Positions 6,969 through 13,542 of a stretch of 13,542 nucleotides of DNA are shown here, one piece after another. The DNA lies in the NCBI GenBank assembly GCA_045530715.1, contig JAZSCR010000065.1:1-13542 (forward strand). The letters are read 5' to 3'. The position numbers and the translations under genes are program-made. Source of the stretch: Eubacteriales bacterium. Lineage in GTDB: Bacteria > Bacillota > Clostridia > Oscillospirales > UBA644. The notes under the pieces were generated by a model. It saw only the letters and a list, made by a program, of their open reading frames with translations, had not been told where the DNA came from and ran no database searches. Position 1 is the first letter of the stretch. Each line of letters opens with the position of its first letter.

Positions 6969-7280
6969 TTACTGCATTCTGAAGGTGTAGCATTCGGTCT
7001 GGTGAGCCTTATGGGCTTCCGCGCCGATTACGTCGATTCTGTCTGCGTTGCAGATTTTATCATTGTTGTAAATGCAGTTTGTGGCATCACAGTCAATGGA
7101 CTGGCACATGCAAGCGCTCTGGGCTCTGTTTTCGGAGGAGCCGTTACATTCGCAGAAGTTTTCGCAGTTTGTCTTTTCGGCATATTTTGCGTTTTCGCCG
7201 CCGATTTTTACGTTGCTTAAGCAGCAGCAGTTGTTTTTGTTGTGAACACATTCCTGTGCGTTACATGAAATTGAAGGCAT
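6969..7280 (-). CDS. small cysteine-rich protein with two DUF1540-like repeats
   Basis: 103 aa, 14 Cys. Internal duplication: ISCNAQECVHNKNNCCCLSNVKIGG versus IDCDATNCIYNNDKICNADRIDVIG (pattern I-x-C-x-A-x-x-C-x-[HY]-N-x-x-x-x-C-x-x-x-x-[IV]-x-[IV]-G). RBS AAAGGA, 9-nt spacer, ATG. The plus-strand ORFs 6933..7220 and 7079..7282 over the same DNA lack these features and start inside the terminator. Confidence 0.7.
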   Translation of the reverse strand: MPSISCNAQECVHNKNNCCCLSNVKIGGENAKYAEKTNCENFCECNGSSENRAQSACMCQSIDCDATNCIYNNDKICNADRIDVIGAEAHKAHQTECYTFRMQ

Positions 7281-7367
7281 AAAAACACGTCCTTTCTTTA
7301 ATTGGCAGAGATCTTACTGCCCAAGATAGTATGTGCTGAAAAACAGGATTTATTATTTTTAAGAATA

Positions 7368-7396
7368 TTGACAATAAGCGATTTTATTGATATAAT
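7368..7396 (+). promoter_or_regulatory. perfect-consensus sigma-A promoter for the GH127-like gene
   Basis: TTGACA (7368-7373), 17-nt spacer, TATAAT (7391-7396). RBS GGAAGGA about 10 nt before ATG 7436. Confidence 0.6.
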
Positions 7397-7435
7397 TTAT
7401 GCGTAAACTATGTCTGTTGGAAGGACTTAAGATAT

Positions 7436-9313
7436 ATGGAACTTGAGAAAAATATTTTTGAGGATATTCCCGTAACGGATATCCATTTGAGAGGCTGGGC
7501 TCTTCGTCAGCTTCAGATACAGGCTAATGGAATTTCAGGTACATTATGCGATTTTTGGCCCGACGTTAAGGATAGTGCCTGGATAGGGGGCGAGGGCGAA
7601 GGGTGGGAAAGAGTTCCCTATTGGCTTGACGGATTTATACCTCTTGCTTTTCTTACAAAAAGGGTTGATTTACAGGAAAAAGCCGAATTTTATATAAATG
7701 AGATAATTGCCCGTCAAAGTGCTGACGGCTGGATCATGCCGGGGGAGAAAAACCGTGATTTATGGGCGTATATTCTTATGTGCAAGGTCTTTACCGTATG
7801 GTACGATATGACTGAGGACGATAGGGTAGAAGATGTTCTGTATAAGGCGCTCAAGGCTCTTGATTTGCATCTTAACTGTCACACCCTTAAAGATTGGGGA
7901 CAGACTCGGTGGTTCGAGGCTCTTATCCCAATAGCTTGGCTTTACAGCAGACGTCCCGAGACCTGGCTTCTCAGGCTTGTACAGAAACTCTCTCTCCAGG
8001 GATTTGATTGGCTTGCCTTTTTTGACCCTGCCGTATGGCCCTACAGGGAAATTGAAGACAGAAAACGTTGGAGCCTTTTTGACCACGTTGTAAATAACGC
8101 CATGGCTCTCCGTCAGGGTGTTCTTGAATGGCAGTTTTCTGGTGACGAGAGTCTTTTTGAAGAAACCGAGCATATGCAAGCTATGCTTGACAAATATCAC
8201 GGCATGGTTACGGGAATGTTTTCCGGAGACGAATGTCTTGCAGGAAAGAGTCCCGTTCAGGGTACCGAGCTTTGCGCCGTGGTTGAGTATATGTACTCCC
8301 TTGAAAATCTTATAAAAGCTACGGGCAAGGTTGCTTGGGCGGACAGACTTGAAAAGGTTACTTTTAACGCCCTTCCCGCTACTTTCAGCCCCGATATGCA
8401 GACACACCAGTATTTACAGCAGGTAAATCAGATACTTTGCGCTCCTGTTGAGGATAACGTTTACAGAACCAATTCCGCCGATTCAAATATGTTTGGTGTA
8501 GAGCCAAATTATGGGTGCTGTACCGCAAATCTCAGCCAGGGCTGGCCTAAGTTTATGAGGTCAGCCTATATGAAGAAGGTCGCTACCGAATCCGATGCCG
8601 AGGGTATTGCCGTCATATCCTATATGCCTTGCGAAATAAATACCCCCGTAAAGGGTATTCCCGTTAGCGTAAGGGTGGATACCATGTATCCCTTCAAGGA
8701 AGAAGTTAAGATGACGGTTACGCCTTCTATGCCATTTGCGTTTCCCATATATTTCAGAATTCCCGAATGGATAGAATACGCCGATATCTACGTGGGTGAA
8801 GAGAAGATAAGGCCTGCAAAAGGTGAATTCTATAAGCTTGAAGGATATTGGGAAGGGGAGACCGAGGTAAGGATAATCCTTCATTCAGAGTTTAAGCTTG
8901 TAGATAGAGTTAATAAGCTTTCGGCTGTTACTTGCGGCCCCTTGGTCTATGCTATGCCCATTAAGGAAAGATGGGATGAGTATCACAGAGATACTGCCTA
9001 TCACCGTTATCCTCACTGTGACTATACGGTGTATCCCGAGTCGGATTGGAATTACGCCTTCTACGTCAGAGGCGATAAGCCTGATTTTGAGGTAAAGGAA
9101 AATAAGGGCCCCGCCATATTCGTATTCTCTCCCGATACACCTCCCGTTGAGGTATGGACGGATGCTAAAAAGGTTGAATGGCCTGTGGTGAGAAGCGCCG
9201 CCGCCCCCATTCCCCATACAAAAAATGCATCCTTTGAGGTTGAGAAAATAAGGCTCATACCCTACGGATGTACAAACCTCCGTATGACCGAATTGCCCGT
9301 GATAAAAGAATAA
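7436..9313 (+). CDS. glycoside hydrolase family 127-like protein (DUF1680; beta-L-arabinofuranosidase family)
   Basis: 625 aa. Motifs GTELCAVVEY (E-x-C) and NYGCCTANLSQGWPKF (CC-x-AN) correspond to the Glu/Cys and Cys-Cys zinc/nucleophile motifs of HypBA1-type GH127 enzymes (ETCA ... GCACCPAN). VPYWLDGF is typical of the six-hairpin DUF1680 N-domain. Confidence 0.75.
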   Translation: MELEKNIFEDIPVTDIHLRGWALRQLQIQANGISGTLCDFWPDVKDSAWIGGEGEGWERVPYWLDGFIPLAFLTKRVDLQEKAEFYINEIIARQSADGWIMPGEKNRDLWAYILMCKVFTVWYDMTEDDRVEDVLYKALKALDLHLNCHTLKDWGQTRWFEALIPIAWLYSRRPETWLLRLVQKLSLQGFDWLAFFDPAVWPYREIEDRKRWSLFDHVVNNAMALRQGVLEWQFSGDESLFEETEHMQAMLDKYHGMVTGMFSGDECLAGKSPVQGTELCAVVEYMYSLENLIKATGKVAWADRLEKVTFNALPATFSPDMQTHQYLQQVNQILCAPVEDNVYRTNSADSNMFGVEPNYGCCTANLSQGWPKFMRSAYMKKVATESDAEGIAVISYMPCEINTPVKGIPVSVRVDTMYPFKEEVKMTVTPSMPFAFPIYFRIPEWIEYADIYVGEEKIRPAKGEFYKLEGYWEGETEVRIILHSEFKLVDRVNKLSAVTCGPLVYAMPIKERWDEYHRDTAYHRYPHCDYTVYPESDWNYAFYVRGDKPDFEVKENKGPAIFVFSPDTPPVEVWTDAKKVEWPVVRSAAAPIPHTKNASFEVEKIRLIPYGCTNLRMTELPVIKE

Positions 9314-9332
9314 ACAGCAAATGAACAAAAAC

Positions 9333-9376
9333 GTCCCGTTTTCCGTATATTATTAGAGAAAACGGGACTTATTTTT
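9333..9376 (+). terminator. rho-independent terminator after the GH127-like gene
   Basis: Stem GTCCCGTTTTC (9333-9343) / GAAAACGGGAC (9358-9368), then TTATTTTT. Confidence 0.6.
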
Positions 9377-9406
9377 GAACAAATATTAAATTTGCACCCT
9401 TCCTTA

Positions 9407-9435
9407 TTGACAGGTGGGGAAACATATGTTATACT
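9407..9435 (+). promoter_or_regulatory. sigma-A promoter driving the lysine-riboswitch leader of dapA-dapB
   Basis: TTGACA (9407-9412), 17-nt spacer, TGtTATACT (-10 at 9430-9435). The predicted TSS is about 5 nt before the riboswitch P1. Confidence 0.6.
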
Positions 9436-9447
9436 TGCAGATAATAA

Positions 9448-9697
9448 ATGGTAGAGGCGCGCCGCGTCAAGAGTATTCACCGCTTAAAGGTCTTTCGCAG
9501 GACTTATGCGGGGCAGAAAGGGGCAGGCGCCGAGGTTTTGCCGAGGCGGAAGGCAATTCCGGGACATCAGATAATATCTGCTGTACTGTCGCAACTTGGT
9601 TGCGGAGAGCTATCGTACATAGAGCCGCTTTTGAAAGATTTTGCGCGGCAAAAGGGTATGATAGCATCGCATTGAGCGAAGGCTATCGTTTTTTTAT
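9448..9697 (+). promoter_or_regulatory. lysine riboswitch (L-box) with intrinsic-terminator expression platform (OFF switch)
   Basis: Conserved L-box blocks align with the B. subtilis lysC leader: AGAGGCGCG...GUCAAGAGUAU (9452-9476), CAGAAAGGGGCAGGCGCCGAGG (9513-9534; Bsu CUGAAAGGGGAGCGUCGCCGAAG) and GCGGAGAGCUAUCG (9602-9615; Bsu UUGGAGGGCUAUCU). Downstream, GATAGC (9659-9664) can pair either with the P1 3' strand GCTATC (antiterminator) or with GCTATCG followed by TTTTTTT (9683-9696, terminator). The regulated genes are dapA and dapB of lysine biosynthesis. Confidence 0.85.
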
Positions 9698-9716
9698 GAA
9701 TAATTGGAGGTCCATT

Positions 9717-10607
9717 ATGGCAAAAGAATTAGTATTTGAGGGTATAGCTACCGCACTTATCACCCCTCTTGATGAAAACGGCGTTGATTACGAGCTTTTT
9801 GGAAAGCTTCTTGAAGACCAGGCAAACAGCGACGTAGCCGCAGTAGTAGTTTGCGGTACTACCGGTGAGGCATCTACTCTTACCGACGAAGAGCACAGAG
9901 AATGTATCCGCTTTGCAGTTGAAAAGATTGCAGGTCGTAAAAAGGTTATTGCAGGCACAGGGTCAAACGATGCCGCTTACGCCATTGAACTTACAGAGTA
10001 CGCTTGTCAGGTGGGCGTTGATGCTGTTCTCGTGGTAACTCCTTATTACAACAAGGCTACCCAGAACGGTCTTATCAAGCTTTATACCGAAATTGCCGAC
10101 CACAGTACAAAGCCCGTTATTCTTTATAACGTTCCTTCCCGTACAGGTGTAAATATTGAGCCCTCTACTTACCTGGCTCTTTCTAAGCATCCCAACATCG
10201 TTGCGGCAAAGGAGGCTAACGGTAACCTCAGCAAAATTGTTGAAACCATGGCTCTCGTTGGCGACGACCTGGTTGTTTATTCGGGTAACGACGACCAGAT
10301 AGTTCCCCTTATGTCCGTTGGCGCAAAAGGTTGTATCTCCGTTCTTTCCAACGTTCTTCCCGATAAGACTGCAGAAATCTGCACCAAATTCTTTAATGGC
10401 GACGTTAAGGGTAGTGCAGCTCTCCAGTTTGAGATGCTCCCCCTTATAAACGCACTTTTCTCCGAGGTTAATCCCATTCCCGTAAAGGCCGCTATGGCTG
10501 CCCTTGGCTACTGCAAGGATTATCTCCGTCTGCCCCTTACCCGGATGGAAGAGGCTCACAAGACCGTCCTTCTTGCCGAAATGAGAAAGCAGGGACTTAA
10601 CGTATGA
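9717..10607 (+). CDS. dapA: 4-hydroxy-tetrahydrodipicolinate synthase
   Basis: 296 aa. GTTGE motif, YNVPSRTG, and Schiff-base lysine context IVAAKEANG. RBS GGAGG at 9704-9708, 8 nt before ATG 9717. The ORF-track version (9414..10607) adds a spurious 101-aa extension that runs through the riboswitch. Confidence 0.9.
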   Translation: MAKELVFEGIATALITPLDENGVDYELFGKLLEDQANSDVAAVVVCGTTGEASTLTDEEHRECIRFAVEKIAGRKKVIAGTGSNDAAYAIELTEYACQVGVDAVLVVTPYYNKATQNGLIKLYTEIADHSTKPVILYNVPSRTGVNIEPSTYLALSKHPNIVAAKEANGNLSKIVETMALVGDDLVVYSGNDDQIVPLMSVGAKGCISVLSNVLPDKTAEICTKFFNGDVKGSAALQFEMLPLINALFSEVNPIPVKAAMAALGYCKDYLRLPLTRMEEAHKTVLLAEMRKQGLNV

Positions 10608-11344
10608 GAATACTTTTAAACGGCGCTCTGGGAAGAATGGGCGCAGAGGTAATTAACAGCGTTAATAAGGAAAACTCGGGTTGTTCCCTTGCGGGCGGTG
10701 TTGATAAGTTTTCAAAGTCTGCCGATATTCCTTCTTCTCTTGAAGATTTTTCTGGTGAAGCTGACGTAATTATAGATTTTTCTCACTTTTCCATGACCAA
10801 AGAGGTTACGGAGTACGCTGTAAAGCATAATCTTCCCGTAGTTATTGCCACCACCGGTCAGGGTGAAGAGGAAATGGCATGCATAAAGGCGGCGGCTGAA
10901 AAGGTTCCCGTATTTTATTCTGCCAATATGTCTTTGGGTGTGGCTCTTTTGGTAGAGCTTGCAAAGACTGCCGCAAAGGCTTTTCCCGATGCGGATATTG
11001 AAATCGTTGAGGCACATCATAACCGCAAAGTTGACGCTCCCAGCGGCACGGCTCTTATGATAGCTGACGGTATAAAGGAAGTCCGCACCGATGCTGTGTA
11101 TAATCTTGGCAGAAGCGGTGTTGGTAAGCGTGAAAAGAACGAAATTGGCATAGCCGCCGTAAGAATGGGTAATATCGTGGGTGACCACCAGGTATTCGTT
11201 TCCACTGATACCCAGACGATTACTCTTCGTCATCAGGCATACAGCAGAGCGCTGTTTGCAGACGGCGCAATATCTGCCGCAAAGTTTCTTCAGGGTAAAC
11301 CCGTAGGACTTTACAATATGAAGAGTATAGTAAGCGAAAATTAA
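10604..11344 (+). CDS. dapB: 4-hydroxy-tetrahydrodipicolinate reductase
   Basis: 246 aa. Signature EAHHNRKVDAPSGTA (E-x-HH-x-x-K-x-DAPSGTA). The start overlaps the dapA stop (ATGA), so dapA and dapB form an operon. Confidence 0.9.
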   Translation: MRILLNGALGRMGAEVINSVNKENSGCSLAGGVDKFSKSADIPSSLEDFSGEADVIIDFSHFSMTKEVTEYAVKHNLPVVIATTGQGEEEMACIKAAAEKVPVFYSANMSLGVALLVELAKTAAKAFPDADIEIVEAHHNRKVDAPSGTALMIADGIKEVRTDAVYNLGRSGVGKREKNEIGIAAVRMGNIVGDHQVFVSTDTQTITLRHQAYSRALFADGAISAAKFLQGKPVGLYNMKSIVSEN

Positions 11345-11360
11345 ATTTTCCATATATCGC

Positions 11361-11394
11361 AAAGAAGAGCAAGCCTTTTGGCTTGCTCTTCTTT
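11361..11394. terminator. bidirectional terminator between dapB (+) and floT (-)
   Basis: 15-bp stem AAAGAAGAGCAAGCC / GGCTTGCTCTTCTTT around a TTTT loop. The A/T runs in the stem ends give U-tracts on both strands. Confidence 0.7.
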
Positions 11395-11417
11395 GTTACT
11401 TATGGAGTTTAGTGTCT

Positions 11418-12878
11418 TTATTCAACACTTTCAGGATTTTCTTCGGTTATTTCAATAATCTCTTCTTCGGGGATTTCGGGGAGTAAATTCTCTTCTTTGA
11501 CTTTGCCGAGGATCTCGGGGAGGTTCATACCTGCCATGTCAAACACTTCCTGAAGGGGAGGAACCGACTTCATAAGGCCGGAGATAAAGTTTGCGGTGGC
11601 GTTTTTGCCGTCGGCATTGACGGAGCCGTTATCCCAAACGGTAACTTTGTCGATCTTTATGTTCTTAATGGCGTCAACCTGAATCTGCATAAGAGTGTCA
11701 AGCTTGTCGGCTATCATAAGCTTTAATGCGGCATCGGTATCACCGTTTGCAGCCTTAACGATTTCTGCAAAACCTGCGGCTTGCTTGGTAAGAACTTCCT
11801 GCATACCCTTTGCTTCGGCCTGCATTCTTTCGTAGATAGCGTCCGCTTCACCCTTTGCCTTGCGGCGGATCTGTTCGGCTTCAGCTTCTGCCTGGAGCTC
11901 AAGCTCCTTCTTTTTGATTTCTGCAGAAGCTATCATATCTGCTTCAAGAGCCGCTTTTTCTCTGGAGTATCTTGCTTCTTCTGCGGCACGTTCTGCGGCG
12001 TAGGATTCTTCGCGGGCCTTTGCAGCCTGAATGTTCTGTGCGGCAGTGGCTATACGGAGAGCTTCCGCCTCTTTTTCTTTAAGCTGTGCGTTGGAAAGTG
12101 CAATTTCCATCTTTGCGGAGTTTTCACCCTGGATCGCCTCGGAGTCGGCCATGGATACCTGTACTCTTTGTTCCTTAAGGGCGTTAGCTTCACCGATAGA
12201 ACCGTCACGTTCCTGTTCGGCAACGCTCTTTTTAGCGTCGTTTATAGCCTTTGCAGCGGCTTCTTTACCAAGGGCGAGTATGTAACCCGACTCGTCGCTG
12301 ATGTCGGTAACGTTAACGTTTATAAGACGAAGACCGATCTTCTTGAGTTCGCTTTCAACGTTTCTGCTTACCTGCTCAAGGAACTTATCTCTGTCGGTGT
12401 TTATCTCTTCGATGTCCATGGTTGCGATGATAAGACGGAGCTGACCGAAGATAATATCCTTTGCAAGCTCCTGTATCTGGGTAAGCTTAAGACCGAGAAG
12501 TCTTTCTGCGGCGTTCTGCATTATGCCTTCGTCGGTGGAAATTCCGACGGTAAAGGTAGAAGGAACGTCAATACGGATATTCTGTCTGGAAAGGGCGTTT
12601 CTCAGGTCAACGGAAATGGATATGGGAGTCAGGTCAAGAAATTCGTAGGACTGAACAACGGGTACTATGAATGCCGCGCCACCGTGGATACAACGGGCGC
12701 TTCGGGGAGTACCGTCGGGGTTCTTACCTACCTGACCGTAGATTACCATGATCTTGTCAGAGGGACATTTTTTGTATCTTGACAAAAGGGCCAGAAGCAG
12801 AGATATAACTATCAACGCTATTACTACGGTAAGAATCAGGGGCTCTACCGTGGGAGCCATAAGAATGTTGTTAAACAT
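11418..12878 (-). CDS. floT: flotillin-like SPFH/band-7 domain protein (YuaG/FloT-like)
   Basis: 486 aa. N-terminal TM anchor, SPFH domain (IVPVVQSYEFLDLTPISISVD...), and a long Ala/Glu-rich coiled coil (EAEALRIATAAQNIQAAKAREESYAAERAAEEARYSREKAALEAD...), typical of bacterial flotillins. RBS AAAGGAGAAGACA-ATG. Located immediately downstream of an NfeD gene, as in yuaF-yuaG. Confidence 0.85.
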   Translation of the reverse strand: MFNNILMAPTVEPLILTVVIALIVISLLLALLSRYKKCPSDKIMVIYGQVGKNPDGTPRSARCIHGGAAFIVPVVQSYEFLDLTPISISVDLRNALSRQNIRIDVPSTFTVGISTDEGIMQNAAERLLGLKLTQIQELAKDIIFGQLRLIIATMDIEEINTDRDKFLEQVSRNVESELKKIGLRLINVNVTDISDESGYILALGKEAAAKAINDAKKSVAEQERDGSIGEANALKEQRVQVSMADSEAIQGENSAKMEIALSNAQLKEKEAEALRIATAAQNIQAAKAREESYAAERAAEEARYSREKAALEADMIASAEIKKKELELQAEAEAEQIRRKAKGEADAIYERMQAEAKGMQEVLTKQAAGFAEIVKAANGDTDAALKLMIADKLDTLMQIQVDAIKNIKIDKVTVWDNGSVNADGKNATANFISGLMKSVPPLQEVFDMAGMNLPEILGKVKEENLLPEIPEEEIIEITEENPESVE

Positions 12879-12889
12879 TGTCTTCTCCT

Positions 12890-13531
12890 TTATAATTTAT
12901 TTTTTGTTTTTACTAAAAGTATTCCTGCTGAGATGCCGGTGACTACAACGCTTGCCCCCGTGGGAATCTTTTCTTCCTCGTCTGTCATTGCATCGTATTC
13001 GGAATATCTTCCTTGAACTGTTATGCTTACCTTGCCCTTACCCGTACGCTGAGGGGGGACTGCAAGGTATGTTTCGCCCGAGAGGCCTACGGCGTTTTTG
13101 AGATTTATATTGCCGTTACTCTGGAGCTTCATTATTGCGTTGAAAAGGACGGCTATAAGCAGCATTGCCATAAAGCCGCAACCTGCAGAGATAGCTACCG
13201 TAAGAATTATGGGCATATTCATACGGGTAAGTATAACACCCGTCCAGCCCATTACTGCCAGAAATGCTACGATTCCACGTACGGTTATAAGTCTTAGACC
13301 GACGTCCAGAGGCTCGCCTTCGAAAGCGTCACCCTCTTCGGGTACGTCTTCTCCGAAAACACCCTCGGCTTCAACGTCGCCGTCAGTGTCGGTATCAACC
13401 TCGGTGTCAGAGCTTGAGCCAAAACCTACAAGCAGCAGTATTATCTGGATTACGAGTATTACGGTGGCAAATACTGCCATGCAGGCAAATATCTGTCCCG
13501 CCAGGGTAAGTGAGATCCACCAGTTTAACAT
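12890..13531 (-). CDS. NfeD-family membrane protein (YuaF-like flotillin partner) with C-terminal OB-fold beta-barrel
   Basis: 213 aa. An N-terminal TM helix, then two further TM helices, and a C-terminal soluble domain GKVSITVQGRYSEYDAMTDEEEKIPTGASVVVTGISAGILLV characteristic of the NfeD OB-fold. Its stop is 11 nt upstream of the floT start. The frame stays open to the window edge, so the true start could lie further upstream. Confidence 0.75.
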   Translation of the reverse strand: MLNWWISLTLAGQIFACMAVFATVILVIQIILLLVGFGSSSDTEVDTDTDGDVEAEGVFGEDVPEEGDAFEGEPLDVGLRLITVRGIVAFLAVMGWTGVILTRMNMPIILTVAISAGCGFMAMLLIAVLFNAIMKLQSNGNINLKNAVGLSGETYLAVPPQRTGKGKVSITVQGRYSEYDAMTDEEEKIPTGASVVVTGISAGILLVKTKNKL

Positions 13532-13542
13532 GTCAAAAAGTC

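Noticed and set aside
6933-7282. Plus-strand ORFs 6933..7220 and 7079..7282, as alternatives to the minus-strand DUF1540-like gene
   Set aside because: They start inside the terminator hairpin or mid-gene without an RBS. The minus-strand frame shows an internal Cys-motif duplication, an RBS and correct placement relative to the terminator.
7760-9328. ORFs 7760..8407(-), 8118..8315(+), 8561..8884(-), 8885..9328(-) and 9061..9258(-) within the GH127-like gene
   Set aside because: They overlap a 625-aa CDS carrying family-specific catalytic motifs. None has an RBS. Long antisense ORFs are common opposite long genes.
9262-9716. ORFs 9262..9480(-), 9448..9675(+), 9467..9667(-) and the first 101 codons of 9414..10607
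   Set aside because: This region is the L-box riboswitch leader. The conserved RNA motifs and the terminator explain it. The genuine dapA start at 9717 has a GGAGG RBS, and the upstream 'protein' sequence is Arg/Gly-rich and non-globular.
9963-11362. Minus-strand ORFs 9963..10559, 10277..10477, 10712..11362 and 11017..11205
   Set aside because: They are antisense to dapA/dapB, which carry definitive active-site motifs. The last ORF's 'start' lies inside the bidirectional terminator.
11781-13297. Plus-strand ORFs 11781..12782, 12031..12285, 12748..12942 and 13013..13297
   Set aside because: They are antisense to the flotillin and NfeD genes. The long one mirrors the Ala/Glu-rich coiled-coil repeat, giving a Leu/Phe/Cys-rich pseudo-protein. 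No RBS is present.
1-13542. CRISPR arrays, IS elements or tandem repeats
   Set aside because: I saw no regularly spaced direct repeats, no transposase-like ORFs and no terminal inverted repeats. The only repeats are hairpins attributable to terminators, the riboswitch and the tmRNA.

Overview
This 13.5-kb window reads as a chromosomal, mostly housekeeping segment from a low/moderate-GC, spore-forming Firmicute (Clostridia-like; inferred from a clear spoIIR homologue, AGGAGG-type ribosome-binding sites and sigma-A-type promoters). Gene order: a YtrA-like GntR regulator (3' fragment) followed by a small 4-TM membrane protein (+); a serC-serA operon (-); spoIIR (+); a tmRNA gene (ssrA, -) that the ORF track misses; type-I L-asparaginase (-); a DUF4317-like protein of unknown function (+); a small Cys-rich DUF1540-like protein (-); a GH127/DUF1680-type glycoside hydrolase (+); an L-box (lysine) riboswitch leader upstream of dapA-dapB (+); and an nfeD-floT (NfeD/flotillin) operon (-). 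Several ORF-track entries are artefacts: antisense ORFs inside genes, ORFs over the tmRNA, ORFs over the riboswitch, and two N-terminal extensions from GTG/TTG starts. I found no mobile element, CRISPR array or obvious defence/toxin system. The best candidates for undescribed biology are the convergent DUF4317-like / DUF1540-like pair and the GntR plus small-membrane-protein pair. The tmRNA carries a non-canonical predicted tag ending -LVAA.
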